64,000 bases of DNA, taken from positions 26,755-90,754 of the IMG/VR virus record IMGVR_UViG_3300029288_005816; one strand, given 5' to 3'. Below are positions 44,861-54,910 of the stretch, piece after piece. Under the pieces are notes generated by a model. The model saw only the letters and a program-made list of their open reading frames with translations. It was not told the DNA's origin and did not search any database. Position numbers and translations under genes: made by a program. The first letter of the stretch is position 1. Every line of letters begins with the position of its first letter. This DNA comes from a virus (lineage: Duplodnaviria > Caudoviricetes).

Positions 44861-46288
44861 TTAACGATTTTTTTGTTTTAATTCTCTGGCCGCTTGTCTT
44901 TCATTGTTTCTCTTTTTTTCTTCTTTGCGTTCTTTAAAAGAAGGACCAGAGTTCTTGTCTTTAATATTTAAAATAGGCACCAGTCGGTCAATAACCGTAG
45001 CAGTATCAAAATTTAACCTTTCAATTGTATTAACATTTTTATACGCATTTGGGGCCTCATCAAGCGTTGATTTTACAACAGAAGTCGAGTAAATTCCCTC
45101 CATCTGCTTTCTAAATTCATCTAAATCCAAATTTTCTTTTGCAGCGGAACGACTCATTTTTCTACCAGCCCCATGTCCACAACTGTAATTCCATTCAGCA
45201 CTTGACTTCCCTTCGCAAACAAGAGAACCATCTCTCATATTAAGTGCCACAATCATTTTTTCTCCAATATATGAACGAATAGCACCCTTGCGAATAATAA
45301 AATCTCTAAAATCAATATAATTATGAACACTTTCAATTGAGTCAACTGGATTAATCCCTCCTAATATTTGGCACACTATATTCAACATCATTTTTCTATT
45401 AAATTGTGCATATTTTTGGGCAACTACCATATCCAAAAGATATTCAAAGGCACATTTATCTTCTAAAAATTCCATACCTTTAACATCAAAATTAAAATCA
45501 AGACCAAGCTCTTTTTTTGCATTTTCCGTTAGTAAAGGAATTGTTGTTTTATCTTGTGTGTTTTTGTTTATAAATTCTATCTTATCTTTTAATTTTACAT
45601 TTCTTTTGTCACTTAAAGTATCTTTTGCTATATTTTGATGAAATTCACAAACCATCTTGCCAAAATTTCTTGACCCAGAGTGAATTGTTACCCAAACATT
45701 TCCATAAACACTTGATTTTGAAACTTCTATAAAATGATTGCCGCCACCGAGCGTACCAATAGACATTTCTGCTCGATTTGGTTTCATTCCAATTTTTTGG
45801 CATAATTCTCCAAAATTTTTATATTCATATTTACTATATAAATAATCTGTTCCAAATTTAGCATTATAAGCCCTTATAAAAGCCAGCATTTCATTATTTA
45901 ACTCATCCCATGGAAAGTGTTTATCAAATGAAAATTTATCAATAGAATTAATCTTAAATGATTTTTCATGAGTATCAGTCCCCATAGGAATATCTCTTCT
46001 AATTCTATCATCCAATTCTTTTAAAGTGATAGGTAGTTTATCGCCGATATTAGCAGATAGAACAGCGCATCCTATATCAACACCTATTGTTTGAGGTATT
46101 ACTTTAGTTCCAAGTGGCATCGTAAACCCTACAACAGAACCTTTCCCAGCGTGAGCATCAACTTGAATTACAACAGGATTATCAAATGCAACATGGTTTA
46201 TCATGCTGTTTATTTGATTAATACATTGTTCTTCAATTTCATCATTTGTAATTAATGCGCTTGTGTATTTTCCTTTAATTGTATACAT
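44861..46288 (-). CDS. rtcB: RNA ligase RtcB
   Basis: DAHAGKG, GVDIGC, GTLGGGNHFIE, HSGSR, HNY, RKGA, HGAGR, DEAP.AYK. Confidence 0.95.
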   Translation of the reverse strand: MYTIKGKYTSALITNDEIEEQCINQINSMINHVAFDNPVVIQVDAHAGKGSVVGFTMPLGTKVIPQTIGVDIGCAVLSANIGDKLPITLKELDDRIRRDIPMGTDTHEKSFKINSIDKFSFDKHFPWDELNNEMLAFIRAYNAKFGTDYLYSKYEYKNFGELCQKIGMKPNRAEMSIGTLGGGNHFIEVSKSSVYGNVWVTIHSGSRNFGKMVCEFHQNIAKDTLSDKRNVKLKDKIEFINKNTQDKTTIPLLTENAKKELGLDFNFDVKGMEFLEDKCAFEYLLDMVVAQKYAQFNRKMMLNIVCQILGGINPVDSIESVHNYIDFRDFIIRKGAIRSYIGEKMIVALNMRDGSLVCEGKSSAEWNYSCGHGAGRKMSRSAAKENLDLDEFRKQMEGIYSTSVVKSTLDEAPNAYKNVNTIERLNFDTATVIDRLVPILNIKDKNSGPSFKERKEEKKRNNERQAARELKQKNR

Positions 46289-46306
46289 AAATCTATTTTT
46301 TTAATT

Positions 46307-46334
46307 TGTACGCAAATATACATAAAAAGTTTCA
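46307..46334 (-). promoter_or_regulatory. WAAC-N16-CGTA motif with nested TAnnTTTG
   Basis: TGAAAC...TATATTTG-CGTACA upstream of rtcB. Confidence 0.68.
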
Positions 46335-46391
46335 AAAAAGTGCTATTTTTGTTTTTTTTTACTATTTATAATAAAGTAAAAATAAAGTAAC

Positions 46392-46541
46392 ATGAAAATA
46401 AAAAAAGGATTTAAATTATGCAATTTCCAAATTCCCATTGAGATGTATGAATATTTGCAAAATATTTCAAATAATGAATATATGTCAATGACTCAATATA
46501 TAATACAATTAATCAAACACGATAAACAAAATAAAAAATAA
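46392..46541 (+). CDS. Small ribbon-helix-helix protein
   Basis: Not in the ORF track; MKIKKGFKLCNFQIPIEMYEYLQNISNNEYMSMTQYIIQLIKHD... (49 aa); stop is 1 nt before the nuclease ATG. Confidence 0.68.
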   Translation: MKIKKGFKLCNFQIPIEMYEYLQNISNNEYMSMTQYIIQLIKHDKQNKK

Positions 46542-46542
46542 C

Positions 46543-47628
46543 ATGTTATTAACGACACACGTTCAGGTTACAATTTGGTCGAGTGAAATACGAGACTATT
46601 ATACAAAACTAGGATATATATGCAAAATACATGAAAAAATTTTTGTGCAAATAAATCATGTGCCAAATAAAGTAAAAAACGCCGTTGTTGCCAAATGCGA
46701 TTATTGTGGGGAAATTCAAAGCATACGTTATTCTAAATATTTGCGCAGTACCAAACACAATACATGTAAATATTCTTGTTCTAATGTATGTGGAAGACTA
46801 AAAGCAACAGAATATTTATTAGAAAACTTTAATGTCATTAATGTAAGTCAAATCCCATTGGTGAAAGAAAATAAAAAAGCAAAAGTACAGGCAATATATG
46901 GAGTTGATAATGTAAGTCAATCAAAAGAAGTGCAAGAGAAAGTTAAGCAAACTAAAAAAAATAAATATAATGACCCGCATTATAATAATCCTCAAAAAAA
47001 CAAAGAAACTTTGATTAAAAACCACGGAGACTGTAACTATGGGTTATATGGTAGCGAATCATATAATGAAAAAATAAAAAATAAATATGGGGATATAAAC
47101 CCAAGTAGCACACCAGAAGCCATACAAAAGAAACAAAACACATCAATTAAAAACTTTGGAGTTAAACACCCTTCTCAAAGTGAAACAATAAAAGATAAAA
47201 TCTCAGAAACAAATTTTAAAAAATACAAAGTCAAGGCGCCATTGCAAAACTTTGAAATTTTCGAAAAAAATCAAAAAAGTGCCTTTAAAATAAAATTACA
47301 TGAAAAAACAAATTTATTTTATAGAGGAACATATGAAAATCATTTTTTAGATTATTGCTTCACTAACAATATTGAAGTTTTAAAAGGTATATCTATACCA
47401 TATTTTTATGAAAATAAAGCACGAGTTTATCATTCTGACTTTTATTTTAAAAATTATAATTTAATAATAGAAATAAAAAGTGAATATTATTATAAAAAGT
47501 ATTTATCTCAAAATTTATCAAAACAAAAGTCATGCATTGAACACGGGTACAATTTTATTTTTATATTAGATAAAAAATATGAAGAATTTTGTAATCTTGT
47601 AAACCAAAGCATCAATAAAGTTTCATGA
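46543..47628 (+). CDS. Free-standing PD-(D/E)XK (TnsA-N-like) endonuclease with KYGV-type repeats
   Basis: YRGTYE...YHSDFYF...IIEIKS; paralog of 21246-22385. Confidence 0.75.
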   Translation: MLLTTHVQVTIWSSEIRDYYTKLGYICKIHEKIFVQINHVPNKVKNAVVAKCDYCGEIQSIRYSKYLRSTKHNTCKYSCSNVCGRLKATEYLLENFNVINVSQIPLVKENKKAKVQAIYGVDNVSQSKEVQEKVKQTKKNKYNDPHYNNPQKNKETLIKNHGDCNYGLYGSESYNEKIKNKYGDINPSSTPEAIQKKQNTSIKNFGVKHPSQSETIKDKISETNFKKYKVKAPLQNFEIFEKNQKSAFKIKLHEKTNLFYRGTYENHFLDYCFTNNIEVLKGISIPYFYENKARVYHSDFYFKNYNLIIEIKSEYYYKKYLSQNLSKQKSCIEHGYNFIFILDKKYEEFCNLVNQSINKVS

Positions 47629-48342
47629 AAAAACTACTATGGTATTGAAATAATTAAATGCCACTGAAATTTTAATATTACTATTTTCATTAAGCTCACT
47701 TCCCCACACGCTCATATTATCTGGAAACTTTCTTTCACAAACAGGAATTACATTTTCATATGTACAATACATTTTTTCATTTAAAATATAATTCACCCCT
47801 TCTTTTACCATAAGTAAATCATGAAGTCTTTTTTCTTTGTTTAAGCTGTATTTTGCCAGAAATGTATTATTATGAATTTCACCAACACAATTTAATTCAC
47901 TGTGACAAACATTTTTAGAAACAAGAATTATTTCTTTAATATTTTTAGATGATAAAGCATTTAAAGCACTATCAATATCCATATTAAAATTATAAGTTCG
48001 AACTTTTTCTTTGTTTTTAAATTTGTTTAAAACATTTTCTTTTTTGACAATATTAATACCCGCAAATCCTCCATTTACAACCAGCAAATCAATTTCATTC
48101 GTTTCTACAAATTTGCTAATTTTTGTTAATGCACCACCGCAGAACAAAATTTTTGTGTTTTCTGGAATTTCTTCCTTAAAAGTAACACCAATTTTTTCTA
48201 ATTCTTTTTCTCGAACCAAATCTCTACTTTTACCGTCAAGAACAACACATTTTAGCATATTCGCCAATGCCAAGAATTCTATTGCTATAACATCATCTAT
48301 GTCATTTGCAATATCTGCCACAAAAACTATTTCTTTATTCAT
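47623..48342 (-). CDS. Putative nucleoside hydrolase-like protein
   Basis: N-terminal DIANDIDDVIAI (DxxxDxDD), GGALT, NFNMD. Confidence 0.5.
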   Translation of the reverse strand: MNKEIVFVADIANDIDDVIAIEFLALANMLKCVVLDGKSRDLVREKELEKIGVTFKEEIPENTKILFCGGALTKISKFVETNEIDLLVVNGGFAGINIVKKENVLNKFKNKEKVRTYNFNMDIDSALNALSSKNIKEIILVSKNVCHSELNCVGEIHNNTFLAKYSLNKEKRLHDLLMVKEGVNYILNEKMYCTYENVIPVCERKFPDNMSVWGSELNENSNIKISVAFNYFNTIVVFS

Positions 48343-48349
48343 ACTATTA

Positions 48350-48377
48350 TATACGAATTTTTTTTATAAAAGTTTCT
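48350..48377 (-). promoter_or_regulatory. WAAC-N16-CGTA promoter motif copy
   Basis: AGAAAC-16nt-CGTATA. Confidence 0.68.
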
Positions 48378-48388
48378 AAATTATAAAA

Positions 48389-48679
48389 TTATTCAGTATA
48401 TAATTTATCTAACATGTCCAGAGCTCTATTAAAATCTCCAAATATTGGCTCTATATCAGAACCACAACTTTTCCCATTTAGAAAAAATTCAGTTTCTATA
48501 TTTTTTTCTTTACCAACATATTTTATTGTAGAAACAAAATCTGAGCTATTGCTATATACTTCAACCAAATCTTTATTCAATTCTAGAACTCCTACGGCTT
48601 TAACCACTTCTGAAACAGGATGTAATTGCTTATCGCATTTAATTTGAACTGTTTCTCCACAATATACTATTACTTTCAT
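48389..48679 (-). CDS. Hypothetical protein
   Basis: 96 aa ORF. Confidence 0.6.
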   Translation of the reverse strand: MKVIVYCGETVQIKCDKQLHPVSEVVKAVGVLELNKDLVEVYSNSSDFVSTIKYVGKEKNIETEFFLNGKSCGSDIEPIFGDFNRALDMLDKLYTE

Positions 48680-48691
48680 GTTATTTAAATA

Positions 48692-49525
48692 TTAATAATT
48701 AGTGTCAGGTTTAAAAATATACCAATTTGTACTTCTTAGTGCTTGTAAATAAGTATCAGCTTCAGCATATCCAATTCTTTCTAACCATTGTGGATAACTT
48801 TCTCCCTTTTTCATTGGAGTTGATTTTAATTTATAATCTTGCCATAATTTGTAATCATATAAAGAATAAACCCAATGCCTGAATTTTGCATGTCCTAGCA
48901 GTTCGCCAATAGCTGTCGTTTCACGTTTACCAGGGAATTTCATTCCAAACAAATTATATCCTTTTGTACAAGATTCAGAAGTAAATCCTGTCTCTACAAT
49001 GATTTGTTTTCTTACATAATACCAATATTTTATATCCATTTCAGATGCAAAATAGTCTAAATTATCTTTTGTAAAAAACGACCTTTCTGCTGGAATAAAA
49101 ATAGTATCTGTATTAATTATTAAGTCATCAACATTTTTCTTTTTAATTTCATAATATACAATTTTAGGCTTCTGTGTATATAAATTATATAGCTTATAAA
49201 TCCCAATAACCATTGCCACAATAATACATATTACGAAAAGCCTAAAAAGAAATTTTTTTAATTTATATCTAAAAAAAATCATAATTTTTTCTTTAATTAT
49301 GAAATTAACTAAAGGCCATACATGTTCCATTTCGAATGATAATTCTTCTATTGCATTATCAAGCTTTGTATCAGTAGGAACTTTATTATCATGTACTGTT
49401 TTTTTAAGTAATCCATTAAGCACATTTTTAACTTTTATCCAGCCAAACATTTTAAAAAATGTGCCAAATAGAGCTATAAAAAACTTAGGATGCTTCTTTT
49501 TATTGTAATTCATGTTATCGTTCAT
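48692..49525 (-). CDS. Membrane-anchored glucosaminidase-like (lysozyme-fold) protein
   Basis: Central TM helix; QIIVETG...YNLFGMK...SLYDY. Confidence 0.65.
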   Translation of the reverse strand: MNDNMNYNKKKHPKFFIALFGTFFKMFGWIKVKNVLNGLLKKTVHDNKVPTDTKLDNAIEELSFEMEHVWPLVNFIIKEKIMIFFRYKLKKFLFRLFVICIIVAMVIGIYKLYNLYTQKPKIVYYEIKKKNVDDLIINTDTIFIPAERSFFTKDNLDYFASEMDIKYWYYVRKQIIVETGFTSESCTKGYNLFGMKFPGKRETTAIGELLGHAKFRHWVYSLYDYKLWQDYKLKSTPMKKGESYPQWLERIGYAEADTYLQALRSTNWYIFKPDTNY

Positions 49526-49551
49526 AAAATTATTTTTTTGTTTAACATTAA

Positions 49552-49854
49552 TTAATTTACTTTTGCGTTATTCTTAATATCTTTTAAAATGTGTTCATCT
49601 TTATAATAAAAAAAATCTTTTAATCCCATACAAGGTCCTTTCTCTTTATCAAAAGCAGTCCCCATTTTAGTATAATTAAAAAGTATCTGCGTAAATCTTT
49701 CTTTAGAATGTGTCATCCATAGTTTTTTTAATTCAGACAAAAAATTTTCTATTTCTTTTTCTCTTTTTTTTAAAGAAAATTTAGAATCTTCTTTATTAAA
49801 GTGTTTTAACATTTCATCAGTTATTTTATTAAATTTATCACAATGTTTTTCCAT
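49552..49854 (-). CDS. Hypothetical protein
   Basis: 100 aa ORF. Confidence 0.6.
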   Translation of the reverse strand: MEKHCDKFNKITDEMLKHFNKEDSKFSLKKREKEIENFLSELKKLWMTHSKERFTQILFNYTKMGTAFDKEKGPCMGLKDFFYYKDEHILKDIKNNAKVN

Positions 49855-49921
49855 AATATTTTAAATTACTAATTTATTTCTTTCTATATAGCATTTTTTG
49901 TCTTTATAATATCTTTTAACT

Positions 49922-49949
49922 TATACGATTTTAATTAAAAAAAGTTATA
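49922..49949 (-). promoter_or_regulatory. WAAC-N16-CGTA promoter motif copy
   Basis: TATAAC-16nt-CGTATA. Confidence 0.7.
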
Positions 49950-50055
49950 AAACATAAAATTTGATACTTATGAATTAAAACTATAAAAATACAAATTTTT
50001 TTTCATATTCCTACACAATTTGATAAAAAAAAATATATTTATTATAAAAAAGTAT

Positions 50056-50748
50056 ATGGAAAATGAAGTTTTAATATCAGTTATAGGCGCAACAGCCGCA
50101 ATTACTTCAACAATAGTTGCAGGAATTTTTAAAATTCTAGAAATAAGAAAGAGAAAAGCTCAAGAGGCTTATAAAAAAGAACCTTTAACACAAATAAAAT
50201 TATTTGAAAAGGATTTGTTTAGCAAATCTGAATATTTAATAAATTACACAATAAAAAGACTTGGATTTGAACAGGGTGATAGAAATTGGATTTATGAAAC
50301 CATTATGAAAGTAAAAATAGAAACTATTGCTAAAAAATCTAAAGATTTTCTTGAAGAATATGACCTGATGAGTTTGTCTAATACAAAATTTGAAAACTTA
50401 ATATTTGCATTAATATCTGATATAATAGAGGAATATAATAGGCTAATAGAAGAAGAATTTAAAAAAAAATTTGGTAAAAACAAAGGTGAAAAAATATATG
50501 CCCTTGTTATGGATAAACAACCAACAAAAGAAAGTCAATCAGTTGGATTTAATGTGTGGCATGCTCCAACAGTAACATATATGGAAAAATCAATAGCTGA
50601 CCATTGTGCTGCTTATTATCCAAATAACGTAGAAAAGATGGATATGATTTTAGATGAGTTTAAAACTGCTATTGGTGCAGCACATACACATTTATTTAAA
50701 ACATTTAGCAATTTTAATGGGGAATTAAACTACCTGTTATTACTATAA
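50056..50748 (+). CDS. Membrane-anchored hypothetical protein
   Basis: Likely ATG 50056; N-terminal TM helix. Confidence 0.65.
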   Translation: MENEVLISVIGATAAITSTIVAGIFKILEIRKRKAQEAYKKEPLTQIKLFEKDLFSKSEYLINYTIKRLGFEQGDRNWIYETIMKVKIETIAKKSKDFLEEYDLMSLSNTKFENLIFALISDIIEEYNRLIEEEFKKKFGKNKGEKIYALVMDKQPTKESQSVGFNVWHAPTVTYMEKSIADHCAAYYPNNVEKMDMILDEFKTAIGAAHTHLFKTFSNFNGELNYLLLL

Positions 50749-50749
50749 T

Positions 50750-50777
50750 AAAGAAAAGGAGCAAAAGCTCCTTTTTT
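50750..50777. terminator. Bidirectional terminator
   Basis: AAAAGGAGC-AAAA-GCTCCTTTT between convergent genes. Confidence 0.75.
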
Positions 50778-51057
50778 ATTTTTCTAATTCAAGATTTAAA
50801 AACATTTTATTAATTCTTTTTTGCTGTGGTCTATCATATTTAAGATAGGCACACATTGAACAACTACATACTGTTGACATTGTTTTCAATTTTTTACATA
50901 TTCCATCAAATTCTCTTATTTCAATCCAGGTTGGATTATAAATTCGATTATCTTTATCTATATAAAGAACATCTATCCCAGATGCCCATCTTTTAATACG
51001 TGCAATATATTTTACGTTTTTTTGATGTCTTCTTAAAGCTCTCTTCATGTTTTTCAT
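50776..51057 (-). CDS. Small basic protein with CSCSMC motif
   Basis: Likely ATG 51057 after an AAGGAGGT Shine-Dalgarno. Confidence 0.65.
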   Translation of the reverse strand: MKNMKRALRRHQKNVKYIARIKRWASGIDVLYIDKDNRIYNPTWIEIREFDGICKKLKTMSTVCSCSMCAYLKYDRPQQKRINKMFLNLELEK

Positions 51058-51171
51058 ATTACCTCCTTTTGTTATGGCCAATTTCAATAGAGCTTTGAAA
51101 TCGGCTTAGTTTATGGAGGTAATACTATTTCCTTTTCTCATGATTTATTTTCTTATAAATAATTAACAATT

Positions 51172-51381
51172 TTATTTCCATTGCCACTTTCTGTATTTTT
51201 TCCAATTCCTTTTTATAGTTCTCGAAGTATTATTACAAGTTTTGCAATGTGGTCTTTTTCTATGTGGACAAAAACAGCATTCATGATTGTAAGGTACCTC
51301 AATTTTATGATTTAAATTATATTCACGCCTGCTTACTGTTGTTTCTAAGAGTTTTTTACATTTTCTAGCATCTTTTTTCAT
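51172..51381 (-). CDS. Small basic Cys-rich protein
   Basis: CCFCP...HCKTC, C-terminal WKKYRKWQWK. Confidence 0.6.
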   Translation of the reverse strand: MKKDARKCKKLLETTVSRREYNLNHKIEVPYNHECCFCPHRKRPHCKTCNNTSRTIKRNWKKYRKWQWK

Positions 51382-51447
51382 TTAATTTTGGATTTTTAGG
51401 TTATTAAACCTAATAAAACCAAAACCGTTCTAAATATTTTTTCATTT

Positions 51448-51843
51448 TTAATTCAATTTTTTAATTTTTTGCATTTCTAAACATTTTTTTCTTGTTTTTT
51501 GTAATTCCCCTTTCTTATATGTACCAAGGATTTTTATATTCTTGTATTTATGTTCCAATATTAATTCATCATTTTTGTATAATTTCCAAAAAAGAAACCA
51601 ATTGAATTGTATGATTTTTTCATTTTTCATATCCAATTTTAAAACTGGATAATAAAAATTATCATGTCGTTCTATGTTCCGTTTGGATGTATTCATAAAA
51701 CAAATATCATCTAAAAAAACTTCTTCTTTTTGTTCTGCTTGAAGGCAATGTACAGAATCATCTCTTGATTCCAATACGTGTATTGTCACCAAATCTCCTT
51801 TTTTACAGTTAAATTTTTTAAGAAATGATTTTTCTTTTTTCAT
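51448..51843 (-). CDS. Hypothetical protein
   Basis: 131 aa ORF. Confidence 0.6.
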   Translation of the reverse strand: MKKEKSFLKKFNCKKGDLVTIHVLESRDDSVHCLQAEQKEEVFLDDICFMNTSKRNIERHDNFYYPVLKLDMKNEKIIQFNWFLFWKLYKNDELILEHKYKNIKILGTYKKGELQKTRKKCLEMQKIKKLN

Positions 51844-51902
51844 ATTTTTATAAATTCTAATCTTGATTCTCCATTTGTCGGAATAAATATCTCTTTTACA
51901 TT

Positions 51903-52787
51903 TTATTCAAAATTTAATATTTTTATTAATACATAGTTTTCTTTTTTTTCTTTTTCTTTTTGTATTTTTTTTAATTCTTCATCGTCATGTGTTATGGCAG
52001 TAGAATATATGCGTCTTCTATCATAATAAACAACAATTTCGTCTTTTGGAATATTATTATCAATAATTATATCATATCTAGTTCCTAGGCTCATTGTAGA
52101 TTTATCAAAATATTCAAAACTTTGAATTATTGAAAATATTTCTTTTCCACATCTTACTTTATTTGCTCCACATCTCATATTCTTTTGGTGAATATTTGCC
52201 CCAGCTTGATTTAATTTTGTAAGTAATGTTTGATTCCAGTTTTCTTGTTTAGTATCTTCTGATAAAAAATGAGCAAAATCTGATGGAACTTTATAATCCC
52301 ACTCAAGTTTTAAACAATATTCCAACTCTTTATAAAATTCATCATATTCATCAGAAAATATTATAACATTGACCCCACATTCTTTAAACATTTCATACGC
52401 AATTTTAAATGACTCACCCCATCTTTCATGCTCAAAGTCTGGTTCATATGTAATAAGCGTTTTAATCCCAGAATTAATTATTGCTCTAGCACAATCTATA
52501 CAAGGAAAAAATGGTACATACATTTTACTTCCCTTAAGCGAAGTTCCAGACCTCACAGCATTATATATACAATTACGCTCAGCATGTTCTGTATAAAGAT
52601 ATTTTTGTGGTCTTTCGTATCTTTCTTTTAATTCATCATTTGCACATCTGCAAAATCCATTATATCCAACACTTAATATAGTATTATCATCATCAACAAC
52701 AACAGCACCAAGTTTAGTACTTGTATCTTTACTCCAAGTAGAAATGTGCCTAGCAAGGTCCATAAACCTTTTATCCCAATTTGCCAT
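51903..52787 (-). CDS. dCMP deaminase with C-terminal extension
   Basis: HAERN...PCIDCARAII zinc-deaminase motifs; SVGYNG. Confidence 0.9.
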   Translation of the reverse strand: MANWDKRFMDLARHISTWSKDTSTKLGAVVVDDDNTILSVGYNGFCRCANDELKERYERPQKYLYTEHAERNCIYNAVRSGTSLKGSKMYVPFFPCIDCARAIINSGIKTLITYEPDFEHERWGESFKIAYEMFKECGVNVIIFSDEYDEFYKELEYCLKLEWDYKVPSDFAHFLSEDTKQENWNQTLLTKLNQAGANIHQKNMRCGANKVRCGKEIFSIIQSFEYFDKSTMSLGTRYDIIIDNNIPKDEIVVYYDRRRIYSTAITHDDEELKKIQKEKEKKENYVLIKILNFE

Positions 52788-52810
52788 AATTATTTTTATA
52801 ATTTTATTTG

Positions 52811-53149
52811 TTAAGAAACAAAATTTATTTTTTCACTATTGTCATCCCAAATTCCACAAATTATTTCTTCATGAGTTTCTAACAATTCTCCTTCACTAGA
52901 ATAATGTAAACACTTTGCCTTCACACTATATGGATAAGCACTGTTAGGTGTTTTTATTGGCGGCTCCAAAAATATAAGTCCATCCCATCCAAAAATTTCT
53001 CCTTCTTCTAAATTATATCTTGACCATGTTCCAAGATTATCAAACCATATTTCTGAAACAAAAGAACCATCTTTTTTCCTTTGAAGGTTCCATTTAAGTG
53101 TTATTTCATCTTGAAATCTTTTTAATGAAGAATTTTCTGAATATGACAT
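52811..53149 (-). CDS. Hypothetical protein
   Basis: 112 aa ORF. Confidence 0.6.
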   Translation of the reverse strand: MSYSENSSLKRFQDEITLKWNLQRKKDGSFVSEIWFDNLGTWSRYNLEEGEIFGWDGLIFLEPPIKTPNSAYPYSVKAKCLHYSSEGELLETHEEIICGIWDDNSEKINFVS

Positions 53150-53151
53150 AA

Positions 53152-53481
53152 TTATTTGTTTTTATTATATTCTTTTACAATATCATCTACTATTTTCTGA
53201 TTTTCTTCAAGTTGTTTTGTTATGATATCAAAAAATTTTCCATTTATTCTAACTGGGTTCAAACATTCTATCCTCGTTTCCTGGTCTCTTACTGGAATAA
53301 GGTAATGTATGAATTCTCTTGTCATTTTTTTATTTGGGGTTAGTATGTTCATCATTTTTTGCATATATTTTTTAACATCTTCATAAGGCATATTGCCAAC
53401 ATTCACATAACAAGTGAAAATCAATGGTTGTGCTTTCTTTAAACATTTTTTTTGTTTTCTTGGAATTTTATTTTTTTTCAT
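53152..53481 (-). CDS. Hypothetical protein
   Basis: 109 aa ORF; TTTG-19nt-TATATTTG promoter at 53499-53529. Confidence 0.65.
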   Translation of the reverse strand: MKKNKIPRKQKKCLKKAQPLIFTCYVNVGNMPYEDVKKYMQKMMNILTPNKKMTREFIHYLIPVRDQETRIECLNPVRINGKFFDIITKQLEENQKIVDDIVKEYNKNK

Positions 53482-53580
53482 ATATTTTATTTTTTTTACA
53501 AATATACAAATAAATCTAATAAAAACAAAACCCCTCCATTTTATGAAGGGGCTATTTATTTTGAGTCTCGTTTCGTTATG

Positions 53581-54507
53581 CTATTTAAGTGGTTCCCCAC
53601 ATATTGGGCACATATTCCAAGCTGGTTCTACATCAGTTTTGCATCTTGGGCACTTACTTTCATTATTAATTGGATTACCACAAATAGGGCAAATTTTCCA
53701 ATTACTCTTTATTTTTGCACTACATTTTTTGCATTTTAATTTAAGGTCATTAAATTCTACGGGTTTTGTTGAAATTGGCATTAGCTTATATTCAATTGTA
53801 TGAAATGGAAAATATTCAAATTCCATATCTATTCTTTTGAAATATTGGTCAGACTCTGAGCCTTTTTCCACTCTTCCAGTTTCAATTGATTTGCTCATTT
53901 TCATTTTTCTATTAAGACCAGCATCAAGATTTCCTACAAAACCCCTTGTCATTTCTTCACTATTAAAGCTTAAAGAATTTTCTTCTTCGTATTCAGAGCT
54001 TGCGCTACAACGATGTAAAGAATTTGGAATTACTTTATCTGATAATTTTGAATTAGCAGAATAGTCAATGTTAGAACTACAATAGTCTGTTGAGCTACGA
54101 TATTTAGGCAATTTATTCATATTTAGCATATTTGTAATTGCCCAATTTACAGGGACTATTTTTGCTTTTTCTTTGAAAAACTCTATTTTAATATTGCCAT
54201 TATCTTCTATGGCTTTTTTTACTGTTTCTGAATTTCCACCTACAGTATAGGTTTCAAATAAGAATTTACGATTTTCATCAATATATCTTTCAACCCATCC
54301 ACGAACACCTGGCCTTAATACCAATCCATTATTGGAAATAGGTTTTCCATTGATGGATATTCTTACCATAAGATTGTCTTTTGTCGGGTTGAAAAATTCG
54401 AATTCGAATTCTTGATTGTTTGTTAGGTATACGGTGTTTCCGTAAATTTTTTGTCTGTTTTTATTAATACTAATAAAAGCTTCAGGTCTTACTGAATTTG
54501 TTTTCAT
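53581..54507 (-). CDS. Hypothetical protein with C-terminal double zinc ribbon
   Basis: CKKC...CPICG...CPRC...CPICG. Confidence 0.75.
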   Translation of the reverse strand: MKTNSVRPEAFISINKNRQKIYGNTVYLTNNQEFEFEFFNPTKDNLMVRISINGKPISNNGLVLRPGVRGWVERYIDENRKFLFETYTVGGNSETVKKAIEDNGNIKIEFFKEKAKIVPVNWAITNMLNMNKLPKYRSSTDYCSSNIDYSANSKLSDKVIPNSLHRCSASSEYEEENSLSFNSEEMTRGFVGNLDAGLNRKMKMSKSIETGRVEKGSESDQYFKRIDMEFEYFPFHTIEYKLMPISTKPVEFNDLKLKCKKCSAKIKSNWKICPICGNPINNESKCPRCKTDVEPAWNMCPICGEPLK

Positions 54508-54741
54508 AATTTTAATCTCCTTTTTTTAAATTATTAATTTTTTAATTTTCATACTACAAACATAATCACTGCCATTTAAACAGCTCAAAAGTCAAATTTT
54601 GACTCAATGCTCATAGAACGAGACTCAAAAATAAATATAAACAAAAAAATATTTTATATCAATAGAAAACGAAAATATTTTCAATTATTTTATAATTTAT
54701 AAAATTTTATTATATTTATGTATAACACTAATTATACAAAC

Positions 54742-54903
54742 ATGAAAACAAAACTACAAGCAGAAAAAGATGTTGTATGGCCAATACGAATGAAACGAAG
54801 TTTAAAAGAACAGTTTAAATTATTTTGTGATAGTAATGGATATTCAATGAACAAAAGAATAAGAATTCTTATGGAATTAGATATGAAAAGTATCAGTAAA
54901 TAA
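54742..54903 (+). CDS. Small ribbon-helix-helix-like protein
   Basis: VVWPIRMKRSLKEQFKLFCDSNGYSMNKRIRILME; likely ATG 54742. Confidence 0.62.
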   Translation: MKTKLQAEKDVVWPIRMKRSLKEQFKLFCDSNGYSMNKRIRILMELDMKSISK

Positions 54904-54910
54904 AAAAGCT

